Of a stretch of 64,000 nucleotides of DNA, positions 54,794 to 64,000 are shown piece by piece. This DNA comes from an uncultured Candidatus Saccharibacteria bacterium. Lineage in GTDB: Bacteria > Patescibacteriota > WWE3 > UBA101185 > 2-01-FULL-41-18. The first letter of the stretch is position 1, and each line of letters begins with the position of its first letter. The notes under the pieces were generated by a model, which saw only the letters and a program-made list of their open reading frames with translations, was not told the DNA's origin and did not search any database. The position numbers were made by a program, and so were the translations under genes. The stretch lies in NCBI GenBank assembly GCA_964636285.1, contig CAZWQF010000005.1, forward strand, positions 19,167 to 83,166. The letters run 5' to 3'.

Positions 54794-55688
54794 AAAGATA
54801 CTTGTAGGAATTCCCGCATACAATGAAGAAGAGAACATAACTAGCTTATTACAGGATCTTGTGTCGCAGAAGCTAGACACTATAGATTGTACTATTTTAG
54901 CGGTTTCGGACTGCTCTTCTGATAAAACTGTAGAGTTGGTCAGATCTATAGATGACAAGAGGGTTCATTTGATTGATTCGAATGTGAGATTGGGACTTTC
55001 TGGGGTAGAAAACCTTCTTATTAAAAAAGCTAAGGAGTACGACGCCTTGATTATAATAAATGGGGATATGAGGGTAAGGGATACGCTTTTTGTTGAAAAA
55101 ATCTCAAATAGTATTTTGTCAGGTGTGGCTGACATTAGCTCTTGTTCTTTGATTGAAGTAAATCAAGTTACGCTGGTTGGGAAGGCGCTAGCCGCTGGAA
55201 ATCGAATCAAAAGAAGAGTTTTTGAAAGACACAATAATGGGGACAACTGGTTTAATTGTCATGGAGGCGCAAGGTGCTTCTCACCTAAATTCTTGAATGG
55301 GTTTGTTTTTAAAGAAGGTGTACTGGAAGACTTTTATTCATACTTATACTGTAAAAAAAATAATTATAATTTTAAATTTATCTCTGACACTGTTTGCTAT
55401 TACTCAATTCCGAGCAACTTTGCAGACCATCTTAAGCAAGCAAGAAGGTTTTTTATTAAGAAAGATTACCTTGCAAATGAGTTTGGGAAAGACTTTGTGC
55501 AAAAGTATTCTAGTTGGCCTATATTTAAAATTTTCTTCTCTTTTTGGGTTGAATTTTTTAGTAACCCTTTCAATACCATCACTTATGGGGTGGTTTTCTT
55601 GCTAACTCTAATAGCGCTTAGGGTGGAAAATAATAAGATAGCTGAGCAATGGGATACGTCTACGAGTACAAGAAAGGTAGCTTTATGA
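54783..55688 (+). CDS. Glycosyltransferase family 2
   Basis: GIPAYNEE, SDCSSDKT, NGD, ED, QARRF. Confidence 0.85.
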   Translation: MENKKILVGIPAYNEEENITSLLQDLVSQKLDTIDCTILAVSDCSSDKTVELVRSIDDKRVHLIDSNVRLGLSGVENLLIKKAKEYDALIIINGDMRVRDTLFVEKISNSILSGVADISSCSLIEVNQVTLVGKALAAGNRIKRRVFERHNNGDNWFNCHGGARCFSPKFLNGFVFKEGVLEDFYSYLYCKKNNYNFKFISDTVCYYSIPSNFADHLKQARRFFIKKDYLANEFGKDFVQKYSSWPIFKIFFSFWVEFFSNPFNTITYGVVFLLTLIALRVENNKIAEQWDTSTSTRKVAL

Positions 55689-56494
55689 TAGCTAAATTTG
55701 TTCGAAAGTTATTGTACTGGTTATTAAGTTTAAGTAATAAAGTAGTGCCGATTGGTAATCAGGTAGTCGTACTCGCATTACATAGCTTTTCAGATTCTGG
55801 ATGGAGATTTTCTATACCGTTATCTAAGATTGATGCAATGTTTAATGAATACACCAATTGTGGTTACTCATTTATTAACATGGAAGAGTTTTCGGATATT
55901 ATTAAATCAGGTAAGCGCTTAACTGGGAAAAAAGTTTTAGTCACAATTGACGATGGTTATAAAGATAACTTGAAAGTAGTGTCTGTTATGAGAAAGTACA
56001 AAATAAGCCCAATTTTGTTTGTTACTGCTGACCCTGAACGCTCAAATCGTGCAGAGCTTGGTAACTCTCTTGAACTCCTAAATTTTCAGGATATTAAATA
56101 CTTAAAAGAAGAGGGCTGGAGTATAGGTTGCCACAGTATGACCCATACAAACATTACTGGAAGTTCTGATTCTCAGTTATCTGATGAAGTTGTGAGATCA
56201 AAAGCTAGGCTTGAAGAGGTACTTGGAGAAGAAATAAAGTACTTCTCCTATCCAAAAGGAAATTCAGAAGGTCTTTGTGAACTAGTTAAATCTGCTGGGT
56301 ATGAACTTGCATTTGGAATGAATGACGAATTACTACCAGGTAATGTTAATTTATTTGAGATCCCAAGAGTGGGTCTTGATGGTAGCCATGGTGTATGGGA
56401 ATCTGTCTGGGCAGCTAGCCCAAACTCAATTCAATTTAGGATGTTAGTTAAAAAGCTACTAAGTAAAGGTTTAATAGAAAGGTTATTAAAATGA
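55685..56494 (+). CDS. Polysaccharide deacetylase (CE4, IcaB/PgaB-like)
   Basis: VTIDDGY, IGCHSMTH, FSYPKG, IPRV. Confidence 0.88.
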   Translation: MIAKFVRKLLYWLLSLSNKVVPIGNQVVVLALHSFSDSGWRFSIPLSKIDAMFNEYTNCGYSFINMEEFSDIIKSGKRLTGKKVLVTIDDGYKDNLKVVSVMRKYKISPILFVTADPERSNRAELGNSLELLNFQDIKYLKEEGWSIGCHSMTHTNITGSSDSQLSDEVVRSKARLEEVLGEEIKYFSYPKGNSEGLCELVKSAGYELAFGMNDELLPGNVNLFEIPRVGLDGSHGVWESVWAASPNSIQFRMLVKKLLSKGLIERLLK

Positions 56495-57225
56495 AGCCAG
56501 GAATAAGTAAAAAATTATATTTACTTGCTTTCAACATTGCAAGTTTCATTAGAAGGTTTGTTGTGAGAGTTATTCGGCCAAAATCTGAGTACTTCATGTA
56601 TGGTCTTCCGCAAAAATTTGTTGAGCCTATTAGCACAAAGTATGGTTTTGATAGAGGAAAGCCAGTGGACAGGTACTATATTGAGAAGTTTATGTCTGAG
56701 AATAGTAGTCTTATAAAAGGTGTTTGCTTGGAGATTACAGACACCGCTTATACTGAAAAGTATGGAGCAGAAAAAGTTACAAAAGCAGATGCGCTTGATA
56801 TAAACAAGAACAATAAAATGGCAACGATATATGGAGACTTAAGGGATTTAAATAATGTAGAGTCAAACACATATGATTGTGTAATCATTACCCAAACTTT
56901 TGTGATGATTGATGACTATGAGTCTGCTATAAAAGAGTGTCATAGGATTATTAAACCAGGAGGTTATGCACTTGTTACAATGCCCTGTTTAGGACCTGTT
57001 TGGAATATAGATAATCATTTTTGGAGATGGACAAGGGCATCCGCTGAGTTCCTGTTTAAAAAGTACTTTCCTAATGATCTACTCGAAGTTCAAACATATG
57101 GCAATGCTTTGGCTGGTCAATGTTTTTGGGTTGGTCTGTCCCTTGATGAAATTAGCACCGAGGAGCTTGAGTATAATGATAAGTTTTTTCCTGTTATTGT
57201 TTCAGTGAAAGTTAGAAAGGCTTAA
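56491..57225 (+). CDS. SAM-dependent methyltransferase
   Basis: GFDRGKPVDRYYIEKF, CLEI, YDCVIITQT, IKPGG. Confidence 0.8.
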   Translation: MKPGISKKLYLLAFNIASFIRRFVVRVIRPKSEYFMYGLPQKFVEPISTKYGFDRGKPVDRYYIEKFMSENSSLIKGVCLEITDTAYTEKYGAEKVTKADALDINKNNKMATIYGDLRDLNNVESNTYDCVIITQTFVMIDDYESAIKECHRIIKPGGYALVTMPCLGPVWNIDNHFWRWTRASAEFLFKKYFPNDLLEVQTYGNALAGQCFWVGLSLDEISTEELEYNDKFFPVIVSVKVRKA

Positions 57226-57226
57226 G

Positions 57227-58405
57227 GTGGCAGTTAGAAAAGTAGTTCAGGTAATCGAAAAGTATTTTTTCCCTGTGACAGCGGGAATTGAAGTAAACAT
57301 GCACGAGACATATAAAGTCCTTGCAAGGGAAGGTTGGGATGTAACCTTTCACACTTCAAAGGATACTCTTACGGAAAAGAACATACTTCCTGATAGTGAG
57401 GTCATAAGTGGGATGTCAGTTAGAAGGTATTTATATGGTAAATTTGGTTATTTTCCTACTTTAGATTGGGACAGATCCGACCTTATCTGCTTACATAACT
57501 TTAACGTTTTTCCACATTTTTGGGTACTTGCATACACTCTTTTTAGAAAGTTGATAGGGAAAAAATATTACAGGTTAGTGCTGACCCCACATGGCGGTTT
57601 TACTCCAGAATGGTCTGTTTTTCCAGTCTTTGCAAGGTTTGTTAAGTATATATACCACTTTACTATTGGTACTCTATTGATAAACCTTGTTGTTGATGGG
57701 GTAAGAGCGGTTTCAGAGTGGGAAAGAGACCAGATCATATCTAAGGGTGTAGATAGAAAGAAAGTTGTAGTAATAGAAAATGGTCTTGAAGATGAAGCCT
57801 TTGAGGACCTAGAGGATAAAGCTAGTGAGAGTATTAAAGAGAAAGTTAATAGTTTAGGTAGGTATATCTTACAAATCGGAAGAGTATATCCCATTAAGAA
57901 CTATGAAACTGTTATTAAGTCGCTTCCTAACATACCTGCAGATATAAAGTATGTGATTGCTGGTCCCGTTGAGTTAAATAGCCATGCAGGTTACATGGAA
58001 AAATTGAAAGTTTTAATAAAAGAACTTGGACTGCAAGATAGAGTGGTTTTTATTGGCGTAATTAAAGGTGTGGATAAGTACTACTTGATCAAGAATGCTG
58101 TTTTGATGGTGCATATGGCGGTCTGGGAAAGCTTTTGTAATGTTGTGCACGAAGGCATGAGTCAAGGTCTAGTTTGTATAGTAGCAAATAATACAGCACT
58201 TCCTTATTTAATAAAAGACGGGATTAATGGATACTTAATTAATACATTTGATTATAAGTCTCTTGCAGCTAAAATTAACCAAGTGCTTGAGGGGATGAGC
58301 TCTGAGAATATAAAGGCAATTAGGGAAAATGCATTTAAGTTTGGCAGAAATAACACTTGGTCAGACGTTGCTCATAGGATGGGGGATTTCTATTTGAAGG
58401 CATAA
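57227..58405 (+). CDS. Glycosyltransferase family 4
   Basis: IGRVYPIKNY, ESFCNVVHEGM (Ex7E), DGINGY. Confidence 0.87.
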   Translation: MAVRKVVQVIEKYFFPVTAGIEVNMHETYKVLAREGWDVTFHTSKDTLTEKNILPDSEVISGMSVRRYLYGKFGYFPTLDWDRSDLICLHNFNVFPHFWVLAYTLFRKLIGKKYYRLVLTPHGGFTPEWSVFPVFARFVKYIYHFTIGTLLINLVVDGVRAVSEWERDQIISKGVDRKKVVVIENGLEDEAFEDLEDKASESIKEKVNSLGRYILQIGRVYPIKNYETVIKSLPNIPADIKYVIAGPVELNSHAGYMEKLKVLIKELGLQDRVVFIGVIKGVDKYYLIKNAVLMVHMAVWESFCNVVHEGMSQGLVCIVANNTALPYLIKDGINGYLINTFDYKSLAAKINQVLEGMSSENIKAIRENAFKFGRNNTWSDVAHRMGDFYLKA

Positions 58406-58409
58406 TGAC

Positions 58410-59156
58410 ATGGCTTTACTAAATGACTTAAAACGAACCATATTTAAAATAATTGAGAAGAAGCTAAATACAGCTGTAAGCTTAAATCTTATGGGGATGG
58501 TTGTAGTATTGACAGGAGGGAGTAGGGGGCTTGGCCGTGAAATTAGTATAAATTTGGTTTCTGCAGGTTGCCAAGTTATTAACTTATCAAGGACTCCCTC
58601 CCATGTCCCAGGTGTTTTGGATATATGTTGCGATTTGAAAAATAGTTCAAGTATAGATGAAGCTCTTGAAAAAATTCGTGGAGATTTCAAGAAAATAGAT
58701 GTCTTAATAAATAATGCCGCCTCTACTAATAATTTTTCTTGGCCTAATATTAACTTTAACAATATTCAAGAGACCATCTCTGTTAATGTATCTGCTTTAG
58801 TTTATTTAACATCTAAGGTGTCTGCTTTGATGGTTGAGAGCAGGTCAGGCTTGATTTTAAATATAGGGTCTAAGATCTCAAGGAATCCAAATATAAACTC
58901 AGATAAAATTCTGTACGGGGTTTCAAAATATGCTGTTGAGGGGTTTTCAAACGCATTAAGACCCTCTTTGAGAGAGTATGGTGTTAGAGTTGTATGCTTG
59001 CTTCCAGGAACTTTAAATACAGAGCTTTCTCTCAAATCCGGAAATTTTTTGGCAACAGAGGACGTTTGTGAAACGATCCAGTTCATCATCTCAAAAGATA
59101 ATATAGACTTTGAGAACATTGTCATAAAAGGAAAGTTTCAAGGAAATGTGGGATGA
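58410..59156 (+). CDS. Short-chain dehydrogenase/reductase
   Basis: TGGSRGLG, LINNA, YGVSK, PG. Confidence 0.9.
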   Translation: MALLNDLKRTIFKIIEKKLNTAVSLNLMGMVVVLTGGSRGLGREISINLVSAGCQVINLSRTPSHVPGVLDICCDLKNSSSIDEALEKIRGDFKKIDVLINNAASTNNFSWPNINFNNIQETISVNVSALVYLTSKVSALMVESRSGLILNIGSKISRNPNINSDKILYGVSKYAVEGFSNALRPSLREYGVRVVCLLPGTLNTELSLKSGNFLATEDVCETIQFIISKDNIDFENIVIKGKFQGNVG

Positions 59157-60718
59157 AAATAAGTTTAATAGCCATTCTTAAAACATGTTTTTTTATCTTT
59201 ATTGCAGTCATACTTGTTTTAGCATCAAGAGGTGTTATTGGAAATCCAAGATCTACTGAGCTTAACAACCCATCTTGGAAGCAAGAAGGTGTTTTTGAGC
59301 TTTCCCCTGAAAGAGGTAGATTTAGCCTACTGTATTCACTTGTTGAAGATAGGTCATTCTCGTACTCAGTTGATATTGCAAAGTTTGCAACGCCTGATGT
59401 TGGCTATATTGATGGCAAGTATGTATCGTTGTTTGCACCAGGTTTGTCTTTTATAGTAATGCCAGGCTATCTTACCGGTAAGTGGTTTAATGCCTCACAG
59501 ATAGGTGCATATCTAGTAATCACTTTTTTTGCCATCCTAAACTGTCTGTTAATTTATAAGATTTCCCACAAAATTACAAAGAGAACAAGCGCTTCACTAC
59601 TTGCTTCCCTGATATTTATATTTGCTACCCCTGCATTTGCATATTCGGTTAACTTGTATCAGCATCATGTATCAACGTTTATTTTGTTAGGTGCGTTATA
59701 CTTACTTTTCTTTGTACACACCTGGTGGTCAACCTTTTTAATTTTCTTACTCTGTGCGGTCTCAATTCCAGTTGATTACCCCAATTTGTTTATTATGATA
59801 CCTGTTGGTATATCTGTCTTGACTAGATTAATTAAATTGGAGATTATACAACATAAAATTAAAGGACAAATCAGTCTACCCAGCATAATTGCTGTTTTAG
59901 GAGTAGTACCTCCACTGCTATTCTTCATGTGGTTTAATACCAATTCCTACGGAAAACCTCTTCAATTTTCCGGAACTGTACCAAGTGTTAAAGCCATTGA
60001 TGAAAACGGATTGCCCACAGTGCCAGATAACCAGGAACTAAAAAATGTGAGTGAGTTTGTGGATACTGAAAAACAAGATAAAGACGCAGTTTCATTTTTT
60101 TCTACAAGAGACACTTTAAATGGGTTTTACACACACACTATAAGTAGAGATAGAGGCGTAATATTTTTTACACCCGTTATTTTATTCGGAATAATTGGAC
60201 TATATTTATTAAGTAAGCAAGATTATAGTAAGTCTGTTGTACTAACATTTATTGCTTCGATAACATTAATGCTATATTCAATGTGGGGTGATCCTTGGGG
60301 TGGATGGGCATTTGGATCGAGATATTTAATACCTGTGTATGCAATCTTGGCTATTTCAACATCTGTGTTGATAGCAAAGTTTGGGAGAAGACTTTTACTG
60401 CTAGTGCTATTTACTCCTATATTTATTTACTCCGTGTACGTGAATACCGCAGGTGCTTTGGGAACTGTTGCAAGCCCTCCAAAGGAAGAGGTCCTATTCC
60501 TGGAGAGTCAAACAGGTAAAATTCAGAGATTTAGTTATGATAGGAGCCTTGAACTTATTCAGAGTGATAATACTACTTCCATAGTTTATAACTATGGTTT
60601 AAGAAATAGCCTTAAACTAAACGACTACTTCATGATTATTGTTGTTTCAATATCATTACTTGGGGTTGGGTTGTTGCTATTGCCGGGTTACATTGGAGGT
60701 AAGTTATGGAAAAAATAA
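59153..60718 (+). CDS. Polytopic membrane glycosyltransferase (GT-C-like)
   Basis: Multiple TM helices, acidic residues in the first loop, DPWGGWAFGSRYLIP. Confidence 0.7.
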   Translation: MKISLIAILKTCFFIFIAVILVLASRGVIGNPRSTELNNPSWKQEGVFELSPERGRFSLLYSLVEDRSFSYSVDIAKFATPDVGYIDGKYVSLFAPGLSFIVMPGYLTGKWFNASQIGAYLVITFFAILNCLLIYKISHKITKRTSASLLASLIFIFATPAFAYSVNLYQHHVSTFILLGALYLLFFVHTWWSTFLIFLLCAVSIPVDYPNLFIMIPVGISVLTRLIKLEIIQHKIKGQISLPSIIAVLGVVPPLLFFMWFNTNSYGKPLQFSGTVPSVKAIDENGLPTVPDNQELKNVSEFVDTEKQDKDAVSFFSTRDTLNGFYTHTISRDRGVIFFTPVILFGIIGLYLLSKQDYSKSVVLTFIASITLMLYSMWGDPWGGWAFGSRYLIPVYAILAISTSVLIAKFGRRLLLLVLFTPIFIYSVYVNTAGALGTVASPPKEEVLFLESQTGKIQRFSYDRSLELIQSDNTTSIVYNYGLRNSLKLNDYFMIIVVSISLLGVGLLLLPGYIGGKLWKK

Positions 60719-62337
60719 AATTGCCAAAAGTAGTAACATTTGAATTTAATATAGCTCTATTTAAACACTTGGGTTCAAAAGCTCATAAGTTTTTATTACC
60801 TTCAGTTGTAGTTTTATTAGTTGTTGTTTCGATTTTTGCATTTAAATTTTATTTAAGTAATGGACTTGGTTTAGCGTATAACGATGCCAGATCTCATTTA
60901 AACATTGGTAGGAGAGTTGTTGAGGGGCTAAAACCAGGACTTGCACAGATTGGTTCAGTATGGCTTCCACTTCCACATCTTTTAATGGTGCCTACAATCT
61001 GGAATGATTTTATGTGGCATTCTGGACTTGCTGGCGCAATTCAAAGCATGTTTTCCTTTGTTTTAATAGGAGCTTTAATTTGGATGTACTTAAAAGAATT
61101 ACATGTTTCCCTACTAGGCAGAATTTTTGGAGTGGTGGTATTTGTTTTCAATATAAATATCCTTTACTTACAATCTACGGCCATGACTGAACTTTTACTA
61201 CTTGCAACAATGACGTTAAGCGCCTATGAGCTTTTGATGTGGCATAAAACTGAGACCTCGCTACACCTTATAAAAGCAGCATTTTGGGTAATGATTTCTA
61301 CAGTTACAAGATATGATGGGTGGTTTTTGTTGTTTGCTTCCTCGATGTTTATTCTACTTAGATACGCTAGAAAAAAAGATTATCGGACTGCAGAGGGGAC
61401 TTTCATCCTTTTTTGCACACTTGCCGGTCTTGGAGTGGGTTTGTGGCTTCTTTGGAATTTACTTGTTTTTAAGGATCCGTTATTTTTTGCTTTAGGTCCC
61501 TTCTCAGCTAAAGCCCAGCAGGATCAAATTGACCAGGCAGGCCTTCTAATTACAAAACATAACTGGTACCAGTCGTTTAAGTTTTACTTCTACGCAATGA
61601 CCTATAACTCAGGGTTCTTAAATGTAGTTTTAGGCTTCTTGGGTATGCTCGCAGTTCTTAAAGATAAGCTTTTGAGTAAAGATGTGAAGAGTTCTGTAAT
61701 GTTGCTTCTTGCCCCACTTTTCTTTAATGTTTTAGCTCTCTACCTTGGTCATTCCGTGCTCTTTATACAAGGGTTGTCCGGTGATACCTGGTTTAATGTT
61801 AGATATGGCATTATGCTTATGCCTACAATCGCAATTTTCTCAGGTTTTTTGATTGATAGGGCAAAGAGATTTAGGTTGCCTCTGATCTTTTTATACTTAA
61901 TGTTCACATTCTTTAACTTTTATGGAGGCGATGCTGTAACAATTGATGATGCACTTGTAGGTTCAAGCCAGAAAAACGTATCAGAAGTTAGTGGGTGGCT
62001 CAAAGATCACGCAACTGATAAAAAAGGTTTCATATTAATGTCAGCAGCTTCTCATGACGCAATTATTTTCAGCTCGGGGCTTCCTATGAAAAGGTTTATT
62101 CATGAAGGTACCGGTCTGTATTGGCTAAATGCACTTTCTTATCCAGATAAATGGGCTAGATGGATAGTTATGAGAACAAACGATACTAATGATTTAGCAT
62201 TTAGAGGTGTGAGCAAATCAGAGGGCTTTGCAAAGTACAATTTAGTGGGTCAGTATCCATTTGCAGATATATATGAGCTCAAGGATGAGTATTTGTTTGA
62301 GCTTAATACCGATCCGGTGATTGGAAAACAAAAATAA
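60706..62337 (+). CDS. Polytopic membrane glycosyltransferase (ArnT/PMT GT-C-like)
   Basis: YNDARSHLNIGRR, WLPLPHLL, STAMTE, TRYDGW, NVRYG; many TM helices. Confidence 0.78.
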   Translation: MEKIKLPKVVTFEFNIALFKHLGSKAHKFLLPSVVVLLVVVSIFAFKFYLSNGLGLAYNDARSHLNIGRRVVEGLKPGLAQIGSVWLPLPHLLMVPTIWNDFMWHSGLAGAIQSMFSFVLIGALIWMYLKELHVSLLGRIFGVVVFVFNINILYLQSTAMTELLLLATMTLSAYELLMWHKTETSLHLIKAAFWVMISTVTRYDGWFLLFASSMFILLRYARKKDYRTAEGTFILFCTLAGLGVGLWLLWNLLVFKDPLFFALGPFSAKAQQDQIDQAGLLITKHNWYQSFKFYFYAMTYNSGFLNVVLGFLGMLAVLKDKLLSKDVKSSVMLLLAPLFFNVLALYLGHSVLFIQGLSGDTWFNVRYGIMLMPTIAIFSGFLIDRAKRFRLPLIFLYLMFTFFNFYGGDAVTIDDALVGSSQKNVSEVSGWLKDHATDKKGFILMSAASHDAIIFSSGLPMKRFIHEGTGLYWLNALSYPDKWARWIVMRTNDTNDLAFRGVSKSEGFAKYNLVGQYPFADIYELKDEYLFELNTDPVIGKQK

Positions 62338-62365
62338 CAAATTATTCTATAATTCTCAGATAAGT

Positions 62366-63592
62366 ATGTTCAGAATATCAGTAATCACTTATTTTATAGC
62401 TCTGTCTTTAATGTTTAGTAGGAATGTGAGTGCTGCTAGTTGGTGGGAAGTCCAGTCAATTGATACCATGAAGCAATCAAGAGACCTTGCTAGAGAAAAA
62501 CTTGAAAATAAGGGCTTTGATGTACAAATAGATAGTCAGGTTTTAAGGATAGCAGAGACAGGAGCCACCCATATAGCTATTGCCACCCCATACGACGAAG
62601 AATTTTCACCTTTTCTTAAAAGATGGGTTGAGAGTGCTAGAAGGTACGGGCTTAAAGTGTGGTTTAGGGGAAACTTTTCTGGGTGGGAAGGGTGGTTTGG
62701 TTATTCACGTATTACCCGAAGCGAACACAAAGTTAAAACGGCGGAGTTTATAGATAAGAACCCAGATTTATTTGAGGATGGGGATATTTTTTCTTCATGC
62801 CCCGAATGCGAAAATGGAGGTCCTGGCGATCCTAGATCTAATGGTGACGTAGATGGTCACAGAAAGTTTATTCTTGAAGAGTACCAAGTCACAAAAGAAA
62901 AGTTTAAAAAAATAGGTAAGGATGTAAGGTCAAACTATGCTTCCATGAATTTTGACGTGGCTTACTTAATAATGGATGCAAAAACAACTTTTGAGATGGA
63001 TGGATTAGTTACAATCGATCATTACGTAGCAACTTCAGATAGGATGGTGAGTGACGTGCTAAAACTTAGAGAGTCTTCAAAAGGAAGAATTTTTTTTGGC
63101 GAAATAGGCGCTCCCATTCCAGATATTCATGGTGACCTTGATTCGGAGTCTCAGTCTCAATGGATAGACACCGCTTTTAAAAAACTTAGTAGCATTTCTT
63201 ATGTTACAGGGGTGAATTATTGGGTTAATATTGGCGGGACAACTAGGATTTGGGAAGATAACGGTGATCCAAGAAAGGCTGTGGAGACCTTAAACAAGTA
63301 TTTTAAACCGTTGACGGTGGAAGGTACCGTGGTAAATAGACTTAACGAGCCTGTGGCAAATGCAAAAGTTGTACTTGGTGTTAAAGAGATTGAGACTGAT
63401 AGTATTGGTAGATTTGAAATTCCTGTTATTGATGCAAAAAAGATAATTATTTCGCACTCCGATTACGAAACAACACACTTTTTTGTTGATAGTATGCCAA
63501 AAGATGGAAATTTTCTCATACAAAAAAAGCAAGAAAGCTTACTATTTAAATTGAGATTTTTACTCAAATCCTTGTTTTCTAAGCTGAGATAA
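62366..63592 (+). CDS. Secreted putative glycoside hydrolase with C-terminal carboxypeptidase-regulatory-like domain
   Basis: Signal peptide, GATHIAI, GLKVWFR, PECE, TIDHY, FGEIG; VEGTVVN..NEPVANAKV...TDSIGRF. Confidence 0.6.
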   Translation: MFRISVITYFIALSLMFSRNVSAASWWEVQSIDTMKQSRDLAREKLENKGFDVQIDSQVLRIAETGATHIAIATPYDEEFSPFLKRWVESARRYGLKVWFRGNFSGWEGWFGYSRITRSEHKVKTAEFIDKNPDLFEDGDIFSSCPECENGGPGDPRSNGDVDGHRKFILEEYQVTKEKFKKIGKDVRSNYASMNFDVAYLIMDAKTTFEMDGLVTIDHYVATSDRMVSDVLKLRESSKGRIFFGEIGAPIPDIHGDLDSESQSQWIDTAFKKLSSISYVTGVNYWVNIGGTTRIWEDNGDPRKAVETLNKYFKPLTVEGTVVNRLNEPVANAKVVLGVKEIETDSIGRFEIPVIDAKKIIISHSDYETTHFFVDSMPKDGNFLIQKKQESLLFKLRFLLKSLFSKLR

Positions 63593-63610
63593 TCTGATAG
63601 TATTTTATTC

Positions 63611-64000
63611 ATGACAAATAATGAAACAGTAAAATTTGGTGAACATTTAATTTTTGATGCGTACGGATGCCCTTTCGATAAGCTTAACAACCCGCAACTT
63701 TGTTTAGATGTGCTAAATAAATTAGTTGAACTAGGTGACATGCAGAAGCTTCATGACCCCTATATTATCAAAGCCGATAGCAATGAAGTTTTAGGAGGGA
63801 AAGATCCTGGTGGCTATTCCGCATTCGTGATGATTTATGAATCTCACATTAGCGTTCACACATTTGCAAAGAGGGGTTTTGTGACTCTTGATGTGTACTC
63901 CTGTAAACCTTTTAGTAGCCAAGGTATGCTTGATTACTTAAAGGAAGTTTTTGAGCCAAAAGATTTTGATGTGTTGAAGTTTGATAGGGGATTAAAATAT
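63611..64000 (+). CDS. speD: S-adenosylmethionine decarboxylase proenzyme, runs off the window (absent from the ORF track)
   Basis: Manual translation MTNNETVKFGEHLIFDAYGC...IYESHISVHTF...LDVYSCKPF with the E-SH self-cleavage site. Confidence 0.88.
   Translation, partial: MTNNETVKFGEHLIFDAYGCPFDKLNNPQLCLDVLNKLVELGDMQKLHDPYIIKADSNEVLGGKDPGGYSAFVMIYESHISVHTFAKRGFVTLDVYSCKPFSSQGMLDYLKEVFEPKDFDVLKFDRGLKY

Noticed and set aside
6994-62365. Upstream ORF-track starts at 6994, 15603, 16345, 26174, 29658, 46596, 50075, 54759, 55649 and 62321
   Set aside because: The extensions overlap neighbouring genes or promoter boxes and lack family-like sequence. Downstream ATG/GTG starts fit better.

Overview
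AT-rich bacterial chromosomal window, most consistent with a Patescibacteria/CPR genome. This is an inference from the compact gene content, the short archaeal-type AspRS and the scarcity of Shine-Dalgarno sites. Housekeeping content: aspS (partial), gltX, argS, lysS, two greA paralogs, tRNA-Gln(CTG), tRNA-Glu(CTC), mscL, three two-component systems, a MacAB-like exporter, a CdaA-CdaR fused diadenylate cyclase, and speD (partial). Much of the rest concerns the cell surface: a cohesin/dockerin gene pair, a sortase with an adjacent LPFTG substrate, and a ~13.5 kb glycan locus led by a four-module glycosyltransferase-flippase fusion. The least explained structure is at 21.98-23.64 kb. There a consensus sigma70 promoter precedes a ~350-nt highly structured leader and a GC-rich gene for a divergent sortase-fold protein on a Thr/Pro stalk, with the gene bracketed by a perfect 13-bp inverted repeat. 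Many other genes look leaderless, with a -10 box 6 nt before the start codon. No CRISPR array, integrase or transposase was seen. All family calls come from motif recognition by eye, not from database searches.
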